Shown here: positions 50,718 to 63,340 of the stretch, piece after piece
Position numbering within the stretch: position 1 is the first letter of the stretch
Layout: every line of letters begins with the position of its first letter
NCBI GenBank assembly: GCA_965178125.1
Contig: OZ237740.1
Coordinates: 62,001-126,000 of the forward strand
Source: Bilabrum cf. latius
Taxonomy: Eukaryota
Direction of reading: 5' to 3'
Length of the DNA stretch: 64,000 bases
Notes under the pieces: generated by a model
What the model was told of the DNA's origin: nothing
What the model saw: the letters and a program-made list of their open reading frames with translations, nothing else
Database searches by the model: none
Made by a program: the position numbers and the translations under genes

Positions 50718-52515
50718 TGTGGAGGCTGCAACCTAAGGGTCCCAGCGGGGCCAAGGTACAGCACCTTCGGGCGCCAAACACCGACTACCATAGCGCCATG
50801 GAATAGAACCAAGCTACAAGCAGGGCCCCAGGAGGGGCCACGGGAAACGGTACGAGGATATGTGGCCGCGACCGCGGTAGAGGTGGGGCCGAGGCGGGCC
50901 GACGGACCCAGGAAGCCGAGGTACAGGGTGCCTGGTGAGGTGGGGTCGGGACAGGGGGATATGGTGGGCAGTGAGCCGCAGGGAAGCGAGCGGGGATCAC
51001 TGGAGTGGAGTTTGTGCGTGACTACCGCATGGTATACTGGTGAGGCATGAGATAGTGGGGTTGTTGCGTGCACAAACGGAGCCGACGGTATTCCGGCGAG
51101 CCGAGCTGCCCACCTCATTCGTAGGAGACAAGAAATTTTCTTTTCTCTTTATTGCTTGCCGCCACGCGACGAACTTGCATCTCGATACACCAGTCAACCC
51201 CCCCCCCCCCCCCCTTTACTGACCCCCATCAACCCATTTTCCTTTTCGCGAGACCGAGCACGGAGACCGGCTGGCTTAGTACGGAGGACTGTGCCGTGGG
51301 CCAACTCTGTCGGGGCGTGTTCCACGTACCGCGTACTGTTTTCCGGACGACGACGTGCAGACTCGACCCGCACCCGGTCAACGCCGATTGATGGAGCGCC
51401 ACAACCGTATATAACGGAGTGGCAGCCGCTGCCCGGGCCTCACGGTGAGTGTCCTTGGCAGGGGTGGCTGCCCCTCGGGCACCCGAACGGGTGAAGCAGC
51501 AGCGACTGATTGAGGGGGAAACCAAGTGGTGATGGGGGAGTAGAGGCTGTGACAAGCAAAAGCCGTTTAGCAGGTAGCGATGCCTCACGCAATCTTTAGA
51601 TGCGGCTTGCTAGCGGTGGTGAGGTCCTCGGGGGAGGTGCGATGCCAGTACCTGAAGGGAACAGGGCTGGTGAGAGCCAGGCCGGCGGGTACCACAGGTC
51701 CCCGCTGGACCTATCGGTTAGCATTTCACTCCAGTCGTCATCAGCCCGAATCACATCTCCCGATTGGATAGGTCCACAGGCACTGATAGGGTAGATGTGA
51801 ATCGGCGCAGCCAGAGGGGATGCCTGGCGCAGTGGCCCATTTGGGGCTACCGCGGACAGCGGGGCATTTCGCAGGACGCAGCCTGCTACCCCCTTGTGGG
51901 ACGACAAATCCTATAAGGGCGGTTAGTAAAGCACCCACCGTGTTCGGTGGTCTGGCCAGAGAGTCATAATGTCGGGGGTGGGTTGGCGTCCTGTCGGTGC
52001 CGCGAGCGGTGAGGGATCAGATGTCAAGGGTCCCCAGGAGCGACGGAGGCTTATGCCAATGCGCAAGTGGGGACGGCGTGGGATCTTGACGGAGAGGTTT
52101 GCCGTGAGCGAGATACATGCTCAGGGTAGGCTCCGACTAGGGGGAGCCCGCCTATTTTTTCTTTTCTGTGGATGCCGCCCAACGGGGGCCTAGGTGTTTG
52201 GGGTGTGGAGGCTGCAACCTAAGGGTCCCAGCGGGGCCAAGGTACAGCACCTTCGGGCGCCAAACACCGACTACCATAGCGCCATGGAATAGAACCAAGC
52301 TACAAGCAGGGCCCCAGGAGGGGCCACGGGAAACGGTACGAGGATATGTGGCCGCGACCGCGGTAGAGGTGGGGCCGAGGCGGGCCGACGGACCCAGGAA
52401 GCCGAGGTACAGGGTGCCTGGTGAGGTGGGGTCGGGACAGGGGGATATGGTGGGCAGTGAGCCGCAGGGAAGCGAGCGGGGATCACTGGAGTGGAGTTTG
52501 TGCGTGACTACCGCA
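50718..52515 (+). mobile_element. Non-autonomous LTR retroelement (TRIM-like), 312-bp LTRs at 50718-51029 and 52204-52515
   Basis: Apparently identical direct repeats with TGTGG...CCGCA termini; TGGTAT PBS-like sequence immediately after the 5' LTR; short G-run before the 3' LTR; 1.17-kb interior with no recognisable RT/integrase. Confidence 0.8.
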
Positions 52516-52941
52516 CATGGGCTGCTGCATTTCGGCTCCGGTCGTCATGAATAAACCAACAATTGTCTCCTAGCTTGAAGTATAGAATGTTCCGACTCGA
52601 GCCATACAGCTTCATGCCTTTTGAATCGCACGACCCTCCGATGGGATCTTCGAGACAATTAAGTCTTGGCTGGGACGGACCTCGGCAGGCTTCTAATCGG
52701 ATGGCAGCACCGTTCTCGCCGTCATGGACTGTGTCAACGTGGGTTCTAGAAGAGAACGACAGCTAGGATCTTGTGATTTTAGGTGCGAAGGGAGGTTTTG
52801 GTGTGCGCAGTTGTCTTCACATTCTCATTGGCAGGCAGCCAAGAGGTCTGTATCTCGGATTCTACAACGATGATCTGCACCCGCGCTGCTGGAAACTTGA
52901 GGGTGGGAGATAGCCGTAGGACTGGAGGCACGCGGCTGCTT
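52516..52941 (+). repeat. 426-bp direct repeat copy A' (intact, continues into gene)
   Basis: Matches 50155-50580 and abuts the 3' LTR. Confidence 0.95.
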
Positions 52942-55787
52942 CGCACGAAGTTTTCCTGTATGTGTCCTGTGTCGCACCCCCAGGCACACCCGTGGAACGG
53001 AAGGATCTGGACACCGTATGTGATGCAGGTCTCGAGTCTCCGCCGTGGAGCACTCGGGCGATTCCGCAGGACTGTACGCGATTGTTTGTATCTTTGGTTC
53101 GAGTCCGAAAGCTTTACGTCGATGGCATCTGTCGAGCGCGCGAAGCTAGATCCGTCGCTGTTTCATGGGCGAGCAGCACGCCCGCATCCGCTGGTCACGC
53201 CTCCGCGTCATCGGAAGCGGAGGCCCTCCGGCTCCGAGTCCTTGTGCAGGTAAGCAAGGACGAGGCATCGGCGGTGGGCGTGGAGACGGAAGGCCGCATT
53301 CCACTGGCCGTTCTCGAAGGCGTCGTGCAGCCTCCTCCTCCTTCTTCTGCGGCTGCCAAAGAGGGTAGCACGCCATCTGAGCTAAGGGAGTCACTGCTCG
53401 CTGCCCTGGTCCGGGCCCAGGAAGCCGTGGGGCCGCTGTACGCGAACGACTACCCCATGTACGCAACGAGGTACTCCGTCAATAACGCCAATGGGTCGAG
53501 CTTCAGCGACTTCTGCATCGTCCCGTTCGCCCGCTCCGACGATGACATTGCGTCCATGGCGCAGGGCCGGGCCTTGCAGGCTCCGACGGGTCCTCTCTGG
53601 TTCGACCACACGTGCACAAAGGGCCCATGCCTGGTTCCGAGTCCAGCTGGAGATGTAAAATTGACGAAAGGGGCTGCAGCTGATCCCAGCAAGGAGTCGC
53701 CAGGTCCCGCGGGTGCTTCACCAGGTAGCCTAGGACGAGGAGGCTGCGCTGCTGCTGCTGGTGCGGCTGCCAGTGGTGCGGCTGGCCCGTGCCCAAGCGG
53801 AGGTGTTGTTGACGATGATGACCCCTTGGATCGGCTGGTGTTAGAGCCGTGGGACGCAGGGCACGGGCAGGGGTGGGTGCCTGCCAACATGGCTGGAGGG
53901 GCCCGTCTCATGCGGCATTCGTACGTCGGACAGTGGCTACGGCGGATGGAAAGAGGCGAAGGTGGTCCTGAGTCTGCAGGCACCGCCCTCGGTACTGGGC
54001 GAGCTCAGAGCTCAATCCCTGCTTAGGTTGCCATGGGTCATGACAGCCCCAGCAGCAGCCCAGTATCTCGCTCTGCGCCCAAGTACAGGGTGAGACCCAC
54101 CGTGTGGGTGCCAACGGTGGCCCCTGCTTGGGACGGTATGCCGCCAGTGCAGCCTCCTGAGCAGAAGGGCACCAAAGAGTCGGAAGACGATGGGTTTTAC
54201 AGCGACGATGGCGGTTCAATGCCAGAGCCAGTTCAGCTGTCTCCGTTGTGGTTGTAGTGCATGGACTGCAGCGGCAGAGGCGTGGTTGGCCAACCTGCTG
54301 GCAGTGGCGACGTGAAGGTGTCCGACTTGGTGGGTGCAATCCATGAGGCAGTTCCCATGCCCAGGCCTGACTTGGCTACCCTAAAGCGAGCGGAAGAGAT
54401 CTGCTGCAGGATCTTGTACGAAGGCGAGCAGCCTTCCCGAGGAGATAGGCGGGCTTGCAAGGTAGTCCGCGATTGGCTCTACCGCAGGCTCTTGAGATTT
54501 CCTGCAGGCTCCACGGATGGGAACGACCAGCCTCCCTTGATGCCACTCGGCGAGATCGCTGATGGATTCGAATCAGTTATCGAGGCTAGCCCCGCCGACA
54601 GTGCTTGGGAAAGCATAAAGCGTGCCAACACGGTCTACGTGCAGGCATGCCGGCCACACATGCGGTGTCCTCGCCTTCTGCGCGAGTTTTCCAAGTACGA
54701 CTCTCTTCGATCCGCGTCTGTTGGCACATTGGACCTTCGGTCTCTCGGTTCCCATAAGGCCAGCTTGCTGAAAGCGCCGTTAATCCCACCAGTCGGCACG
54801 TGGCGGAATGTGTCGCTGTACGGCGGGTTTGTTGAGGTGCCCAAGCTCCTGAAGAGCGACATGGACGTGCTGCTGGCGGTGCTTTCCGTCAGGACGCATC
54901 CTCAAGCGCAGGGCCTACACAGCATGTCCAGGTGTCGCAGACACAGGGCCATGATTGCTGCAGATCGGATGGACCGAGCTGCCCTCGCGAATGTGAGGAC
55001 GGCCAGCGATGCGGGCATACGAGGCATAAGTGAAGCCCTAGCCGGTACGCCCTCTCATGCCGTGGAGACTCGCCCAAGATCTGCTGAAGATGTTACCGTC
55101 GCTGCGAGTGCCGGTGCAGTTGCAAGCCGGATAGGCCCCTCGAGCGGGGCAGGAACAGCCGGGGGTCCGACGGTAGGCAAGTCAAGTGCTGCAGATCACA
55201 CGCGGACTGGACGAGATCTCGAGCTTGACAGTATATCCCCAGCTGCAAAATACCGCTCGGATTCTAAGGATGGCAGCAGCTGCCCTCGTGACGGCTAGCG
55301 ATACGTGTTGCTGGAACAAGCTCGTGCACTGGAAGCAGGCGCGGCGGAATTGATGTTGAGTGCGGACGCAAGATGGGATGCAGCTGCAGGGCAGAGCCAA
55401 CAGGTTCCGGTTGCATCCCAGTTGGCAATTTCACGGACAATACGCAGGCTGGCTCAAGGCAGGCGTGCCGAGGCCCGGATGCTCAGGAGGCTAGCAGCAG
55501 AGATGGAGGGTGTGAATGGCGTGCTGGTGGCGGTGAAGGCCGCGAGCGGGATTCCAGCTGACGAGCAGGAGTCGGCCACGGCAGCCTACAGGGAGAAAGT
55601 AGGCTGTGGGTCGGCAACGGCAACAATCGCCGGGCAGGACACTGCAGCAGGTGCAAATGCAGGCGCTGGTAGCACTGTCGTGTGCAGCGGTGAGAGACTT
55701 CGAGGTGGAGTACCTGGACGGATCCCAGCCAGGGCTTGGTGTGCGGTGCTGCCGTTTTTGTTCTCTGGCACAGTCGTCCATCGGTGA
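52701..55787 (+). CDS. Hypothetical protein (~1030 aa with TAG read-through)
   Basis: Same-frame ORFs joined by TAG at 52764, 52911, 52917, 54024, 54255, 55296; first TGA at 55787; no recognised domain; start and end approximate. Confidence 0.6.
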
Positions 55788-56016
55788 GAATCCGTGCTGA
55801 CGACTTCACGGGCAAATTTCCGCTCGCCATGGCAAGCGTATGAGTGGCCTAGACCTGGATCGATTCCACTGAGAGCTATCTGGGTCGAGCAGGCGGAGAG
55901 AGCGAGCTGTTGTCGTAGTGTGATCAGCTGCAGAACAAAATGAAGCCTTGATGAATTAGGTGTTGTTAAGCAATTGGAACGTGCCGTATTGCGCAGGATA
56001 GTCGGCGCACGCCCTA

Positions 56017-58341
56017 TCACCAAGATCCACCTCCACCCCCAGACGACGATCCTCCGCTGTACGAGCCCCCCGAGAATCCGCTACCGCCACCCCCACCTCC
56101 TGACCAGCCTCCTCCGCTGCTATCGCTCCCGTCGGTTCGCCTGCTTCGCCGCTCTTGCTTCTCCTTCTCGTTGATCCGGGAGTCCTCGTCGTCCCACCGG
56201 TCTCTCCAGTTCCGCGTCGTGTTGTGGAATAGTCTTCTTCCCGCAAACGGCCCCCGGTACTGGTCGACAAGCGACCATCGCGTGTCGTTCCACGAATCGA
56301 GCAGCGAGTACCCTCTTGTGCCCAATCTATGAATCCATGCATGGGCGTGGACGTGCTTTCGTTCCTTGCTGAGACTCCAAAATCTCTTCTCAATGATTCT
56401 ATCGGAAGCGTGTACCATCCAGGTCACGTCATAGAGACCGGGGATGTTCGGGTGTTTAGCTGCTGCAGATTGCAGCGCCGATGCCGTCGGAACCAGGTAG
56501 AAGGGCTTCAGGCTCGCAAAGTGGTGCGCTGCAGCACCTTTCTCTGGGCCCGATTCATGGAGACTTTCTGATAAGCGTTCAGCATCAACGCATGATTTCT
56601 CCTCATCCCACTGTTGGTTCCAGTCGCGAACGAGATGGCCTAGTAGATATTCGGGTAACGGGGCCGGCGATTTGCTGGCAAGGAATGGCGCCCTGCACGC
56701 TGGGCACATGCCAATCCTGGTCTTGACGACCTCGTCCTTAGGACGATCTTCTCGCGGCTCGTCTTTTCCCGCCACATTGGAGATATGGTGCCCTGAAGAA
56801 AGGCATGAGCTGTGGTACACGTGCCCGCACGGAAGCACGACGCTCGTCTGTACGCCCAAATCACTCGTCACGCCTGTTTTCATGCACAGGGAACACAGCC
56901 CACCGTCAAGCTGGGCCTCTGCTTCCTTCAATGTTGGCATAGGACCGTCTTGGTCGCTTTGGTCTCCGTCACGACCGTGTCCACCAGCAACGTCGACCTA
57001 ATGTGTACTGGAGTCCCCCGGGTCTGCGCCCCCGTTCTGCCTACTCGCTGTGCTGGGCTGATCCGCGGCCGCTGTCAGTTCATCCTCAGGCTGCGAGAGA
57101 CCCTTGAGCACCGCAATGCAATGCAGGAGAAACACACGCTGCTCAGCTTTCCGGTTCGAGTTCGCACTCTGAACCTCATCTTTGAAGGTAACTAAAGCCC
57201 ACACGAAAGCAACGAATCCAAGAATCGCAAGCAGGTCCATCGGCCGCAACCCGTCACCATCCCCGCCCCCGCTGGCATTCGGTCCTCCGTCCTGCCACTC
57301 GCCGAAGCCGTGCTTGGGTAGCAGCTCCGGCCACAGGGCCTGCGCCTTTTCTGGCAAACTGTCCACCCCGAGCAGTGCCACTTCGTTGCCTCGGCCCGTG
57401 GCGAACCTCACCGAACATTCCTCTGCCAGCAGCACGGCCGTGGCCTCGGCAGCCCGTGCCACGCCTTTGCTGAAATTGCCCGAGCGGAGCACGGGCTTGG
57501 CCTCACTTAGGATCCTGTTGATCCGATCCTGGGTCAGCACACGCCCTGCCTCGTCTCCAGTAGACCAGTACGCCGCCCTATCTTGCTTACTCATCAGCAG
57601 CAGCACACCGTTCCCGCAGGCGGGAGCACCCATTCCCCACTGGTCGTGCACAGACCTTGCTAGCCGTTCCGCGGTGTAGCCCGACGGCAGCTTGTTCACC
57701 ACGTACACGCCAAATTCGTACCCGGGCGTAGCGGGCTGGCCGTGCCGGTGCCAGCTACTTCCGGGTTTCTGCCTCACGAAGCGCTCGGAAGTCGAGCCCG
57801 CAGAGGGCTGTCTCTGTGAGCATGCGTTCTCGACCTGCCACCAGACGGCCATGGCGGCCTTGTTGATTCGATGCTTATCATCCGATGCAATGAGGCCGTC
57901 TGGATCGCACACCACGTTGTTGCCCTGGGCATTCAGGAGTGTCTGCTTCTCGTCTGGGCTGCCAGGCGTCGCGGATTCATTGGCATCTGCAAGCACTGGC
58001 ATCTTGAAGGGAGGAGGCGGAGACCTGTACTAGAACCACGACTTGGACGTTAGCAGAGCTGGCGAGGCATAAAAGTAGCGGCTTGAATCGGACGTGAGTG
58101 GTGGGCCTGGCGAGCGCTCGGTGTGTCTGATGCTCAGCCTCCCTCTGTTCCAAGGGATCTGCGGCTCGTATCAAACGGTTAGGGTAGATACTTTGGTAAA
58201 TATACAATTGCTGCGTGTAAATAGCCTGCGTGCCGCACACAGTGAGCTTACCCAGCTGAAAGTTCCCAGTTGCACCCCGGTTCTTGAGATCATATTTCGA
58301 TGAGCCTTAACGAAGCCGCACCGTACTCCACGCCTTCTCAT
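56017..58341 (-). CDS. TPM-domain membrane protein with RING-like Zn finger and Gly-rich tail
   Basis: TPM motif LARSVHDQWGMG...GNGVLLLMSKQDR; TM LLAILGFVAFVWALV; CSLC...LPCGHVYHSSC...CPAC; tail GGSSSGGGGGSW. TAG at 56998 and ~58030; probable intron 58251-58159; ends TGA 56017. Confidence 0.75.
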
Positions 58342-58862
58342 GAGAACAACAATGCTATACTACGAGGCATGATACGGATAGTACGGATTCTCTCAAGCTA
58401 TAGTCGCCAGCAGCAAAGATCGGCTAGAGGATTTGATTATGGTCCACTGCCGTCCCACGAGCAGTCATCAAGGGAGATTAAGCACATCACAAATTACCAT
58501 GTGCATGACTAATTATCTTTTTGGTATTGAACCCGACTGTAACTCTCAGCAGTGATCAAAATCGAAAATAGCATGGCGCAAGAACGCATTTTGGAAGGCG
58601 CGTGCCACGACCAAAGTGCTGTCGGCCCATGTAAGACTAGACACAGCAACAGCTACAATGGGTCTAATTTGCTCACGTCGTTTTTCTAATCAGGATCGTT
58701 GTGAAAGCATGTGTAGCAAATAGGCCAAGTGTGACGAGAGATGGTGCGAGCTTGCGACCGCAGGAGTCCAGTCAAGTTTGCAGACGGTGCTAGTCGTGAT
58801 AGATTTCCTAATCCCTCATAACAACATGTTTTGTGCATAGAATTGATCTTATTTACATGTAG

Positions 58863-61800
58863 CCGGGCCCAAATCACTCAGCTTCCACGTACCGAGTGTC
58901 TGTGCTTCAGCCAAGACCACTTCCGATCTAGCAGCCTGCAGGTGCCGGTCTCGAGAGCGTCGAATAGCTGAGAGCTATTTTGCTTGGCACAATTTTACAA
59001 AGTGGCGACAGACAAGAGTGGCGTGGACGATCGGGGTGGCGATTCTTCGACGAGTAGACCAGAACATCTAGTTGGTCCATTCCAAGCTCTTAGAGAATCC
59101 GTGCCAGAGCCTCAAAACCAACGACAGACTTCGGATTGGGCACCTCGACTCAGCCACAGTTTAGTCTAGACTGGCCTTGTTTGCCCAAACCGGTTCTAGG
59201 AAGTGGGTCAGTGGCAGCAGATCGCAGCACAACCCGTCGGTCGAGATCTCGAAGCCGGCTTAGCACAGTTGGCAGAGCGGCTTCGGCTGCACAGTTGTTA
59301 GGACAGTCTCACGGACCGATAGTTGGATTTGAATCCCTCAGGGGTGATTGCATCGCGAGAGATATCGTGCTGAGCGGGGCTTGCTTTGCGGTTATGCAGG
59401 CAAGTGCGCCGGCAAAAACCAGCAGACTGCAGCGCACGCGCCGGCGAGACGCAGGAAACTTTGCTGCGGGGTTGGGCCCATGCAGACTAGTGGTGAATCT
59501 AAGGCAACAGGCACGCACGCGTTGTAACTTGCTGAAAGGCACGGCACTCCACACTGAAACAGACCGAGCGAGCGCTGATGCTCACTCTCGAGCAGCTGCC
59601 CTCGATCCCATGCTCGCCACAACAGGCTTGGTGCGATCCGTCGGACGAACCGGAATGATTTTGCGAATACTTCCAATTGTGATGGATGGCGATGAGGCGA
59701 GCATGCTGAGTAGAATGCTGGGCCGATCGAGGCCTAGCACTGCGGAACCGCGATCTAGCATGCGCGGTGCCGGCAGCGGCAGCCGGCCTCCAGTGCCCGA
59801 TCTGGTCCGAGCATCCGATCGGTCTGGGTCGCCGCCGGCTGGAGGTATTCTCGGGGCAAGTGCTCGGGGAGGCGCGGGAGCCTCGCGGCTCGCTCGACGA
59901 ATCGCAGCCAGTGGGGAGAGCTCCGAGGAATCCGCCTTGAAATCGCACGCTGCCCCGGCCACAATTCCGGAGCGACCAAGGACGAAAATCGATCCGAAAT
60001 TCGTGCAGCTGGCTAGCGCCTCCTTGTGTCCCTCTCTCGGAATCGACCCCGGGACCCACGAGCCCAGAGACAGTTGGCGTCTCGGGCGCGGGCCGTTCAA
60101 AGAGGGTCGCATAGGCGTGCAGTTTCCGATCGACGCACTAGAGGCGAAGATGATTGCAAACAAGTCAATGGAGAGCCGTTCGAAATAGCCAAGGGGTGCT
60201 GCTCCGGCTCGGGAGGGGTCATCTGGCTCCGGCTTGGGGGGGTCCCCACTGCTTACTCCCGCCCCCATGCTGGGGGCGGGTCCGCGGGCATCGGCCTCTT
60301 CCCCGGCTCGGTTGGGGCTGGGCTCGATGTGGTGGGGCTGTCCGCAACCACTGCTGGTCATGCAGCAGGACCTGAGATCAGGCACAGCCGGGGGGGCGGC
60401 TAGTGTCGGTGCTCGAGATGGGGCGCAGCCACCTGGCGCTGACACCGGCACGCATTCGAGGCTTCGAGGCGAGAAAGTGCCTGGTAGAGAAGACAGGTCA
60501 ACAGCGGGTGCAGGTGCAGTGAACGGCAGTTCTAGGGGGAGTACAAATCCGCTGTTGCTGGCAGGCAGCAGTAAGCACCATGCGATCCAGTCTAGCACAC
60601 CTGAGCGCAGCAGCGGTGACAGAAGTGGTCAAACCCGTGCAGGTGGCCAAAGTGGAACACCAGCCACGGGCATAGCCATGACAGACTCTCCATTGATATC
60701 GACCGCGTGGGGCCCAAGCGCCAATCGAAAATCGGCGGCCGCCCAGCAGAGCAGGCGCAAATCGGCCGTGGACAGGTCCTTCCCCGGCAGAGCAGGGTTC
60801 CCCGGCACTGCAAGCGGTGGATCACACGCAGGCGCTGGATTTGTCGACGCTCAGCGGTGCTGGAACGCCCCAGCGGAGGATGCTACTAGGCCGGTAGCCG
60901 GAGACATTTTGTTTTGCTTCGACTCCCCGCAGGACAGGGATGACGCTGTGAGGGCCCTGCTGGCGCACACCGTGCTGGCTTGCTCCTGCCCCAGCACCAG
61001 CATCCACGGGATGCTCCCGGAGCTCTGGCCCGCATTGGCGCTGTCTGGTGTTCCCTGTCCAAGGGGGCCCCGCTTGACCCACGAAGGGTGCTACCCTGCC
61101 GTTGTTCCCTGGGATCTGCCGCCGAGCGACGGTGATGGCGCGTTGCCCGCGGTGGAGGCGCAGCTGCAGAGATCCATGGTGGGTGCATTGCATGGCAGTG
61201 AAACTGCGTCGTCTGCATTGCACGATGGCTCATACGGCCTGCCAGACATCCTTGCATCCAAAGGTCTCGAACTTGACGGAATCGATCTGCGTCCAGCCGG
61301 CCCTGACACGGGGTCGAATGCCGGCAGCTTCGGGGCGGTGTATCCTGGGCTCATGCTAGCGCGTAATGATGAAACTGGCATGCCAGACAAATGGCCTTGC
61401 AAAGTAGTGCTGAAGGTATCGCCACACGGAGGTGGCCGTTTCATCCCTTGTTCCCTGGCAGCTGGCCTCCTGGCTGCCGAGCGGTGGCCCGGCACAACGA
61501 CTGCTGCCAGCGCGGTGAAATCTCTTCTTCTGACTCCCAAGCAGAGGAGACTAGAGGCCAGGCCTGATGCAGAGGCTGGGATGCGCGGGTCTTCAGGCGC
61601 TATGGCTACTCCATCGTCGTCAGTATCAGCTGCACCCGACTCGAGCAATCTAGGGTCATGCAGCACGAGGCAGGCGGTGCCTTTGCTTGAAGACCTGTCG
61701 GTCGCAATCGCCGAGATACAGGCACTAGAGAGGGCGAGGGCCTTCGCGCTGGTGGAGACAGGGGCCACAGAGCGGTCGGGTGCATCGCACGGCAGTGCTA

Positions 61801-63224
61801 AGGTTGGTCAGGACGGGGTCGTGGTGAGGGGAGTGCCTTGCCTGTACCGAGTGGTCGAGGGGTGGGGGTGCGCTGGGCTCGTGCTCTCACGGATGGAGGG
61901 CATGGATCTCATGCAGTACATGAGATTGAAATGCGGTGAGATTGGCACGGATCTTCGGGGCAAACGGCTGAGGGTGGGCGTGTGCCCGCTGCCGCTGTCC
62001 AGGGGCCTGCCTGCCCCAGATCTCGCTGGACTAACTGCCAGCCTAGTGGCATCGCTGACTGCTCTGCACTGCATCGGGGTGTATTCAAGGGATGTCAAGC
62101 CGAACAATTGCATCGTTGTACGGACACTGACACCATCGGAGTCGGGACTGGGTCAGGGGGATGGCGAATCCAAGGGTGGATCGGAGGGTCGCGCTGCTGC
62201 CTCCTCCAACGGCGGCAGGGCATCAGGAGGGGCTGGCTCTGATTCCGAGTCGAGTGAAGGAGGTCGTGAGACGCCCCCTTCCAGTATGATGAGTATACCT
62301 GAAGGTGCTCTCGGGGGTAAGCTTGCTGCACCGCACTGCGGTGGTGCAGCAGTGGAGCTTGCTGGCCTGGTGGATCTCGGCTTCGCTCTCACCACGGCGT
62401 GCTGTCCCCCGCTCCCCCTTGTTCCCTGGCACCGCCTTGAGTCCGAAGCGGGATCGAGCACTCCGGTCATCCCACGTGTGACGAGTGCATCCCTCGCGGA
62501 CCGAAGGATCACAGCGTCAGCGTCAGGCAGAAGGCGGCGGAGCACTGCGGGTGCCGGCGCTGGGTCCGGCGGGGGGAGGCCCCAGCTGAGGCGCGCGGCG
62601 CAGCTAGCCATGGGCGCAGCGACCCTGCAAGCCATCCGGAATCGAAACCGAGAAGAGCTGGAGGGCGGGGAGGGGGAATTGGCCGGGAATCGGTGTGAGG
62701 AGGGCCCCGGAGCGCCAGTTCGATGCCCCGCACCATCGTGCCCTGCAGCCTGGCTGCTTGTGGGCACTCGTTGGACAGCCTGCCCCGAGATTTGGCGGAA
62801 ATCTGTCCCCTACGACCCCGCCGCCGCGGATGCGTATTCACTCGGGGCTGCGCTCTTTCTGGTTGCAACCGGTGCGGCCCCCGCCCTGGGTCACGACCTC
62901 AAGGGGCGCGGGGCCGTCGGGCAGGTTCGAAGCGGTGTGGTGAGTGGCGAGGTTGCAACCGTTGCGGCGCTGCGTCGGTACCTGTCTGTCTCCGGCACGG
63001 GGTCGGCGGCTGGGTCAGTGCCGGGTGCGCTGGACGGTGTAGGGGCCGGTGCGGTCTCAAAGTCAAGCGGCGCTTGGCAACCGCCACAGGATGACGTGGC
63101 TGGCGTTAGTAAGGTGCTGTTTGGAGGGATGGTGGGGTCAGAGTCAAAGCTGGGTGGCCTACTTGCTATTTCTCCCGAGCGCAGGAAGCGGTTGCCTGAC
63201 CTACTGCTGGAGCTTTTGGACTGA
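58863..63224 (+). CDS. Divergent Ser/Thr protein kinase-like protein (5' exons unresolved)
   Basis: GSFGAVY, VVLKV, YSRDVKPNN, DLGFA, GTRWTACPE, DAYSLG. Frame open from acceptor 58862 apart from TAG at 58929, 58965, 59055, 59091, 60186; ends TGA 63224. Confidence 0.8.
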
Positions 63225-63340
63225 CGACATCTTGGATCAGCTCTTGATACGCTTGGCGACTTCGATTTGGCATTGGCCCCTGCGAACTGGTGTTGGAAAG
63301 TGGCAGTGCACTGTGGTGCACACGGATTCTGCAATTCAGC

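Noticed and set aside
52060-52193. Possible chromodomain relic (ERFAVSEIHAQGRLRLGGARLFF) before the 3' LTR
   Set aside because: Similarity too weak to support without an HMM search
50155-52941. Ngaro/DIRS split direct repeat element
   Set aside because: Order is A-B-B-A, repeat A is host gene sequence, B has TG...CA LTR termini, and there is no tyrosine recombinase ORF
59030-59090. WW-like motif (FFDE[TAG]TRTSSWSIP) upstream of the kinase domain
   Set aside because: The first Trp and spacing of a WW domain are not convincingly present
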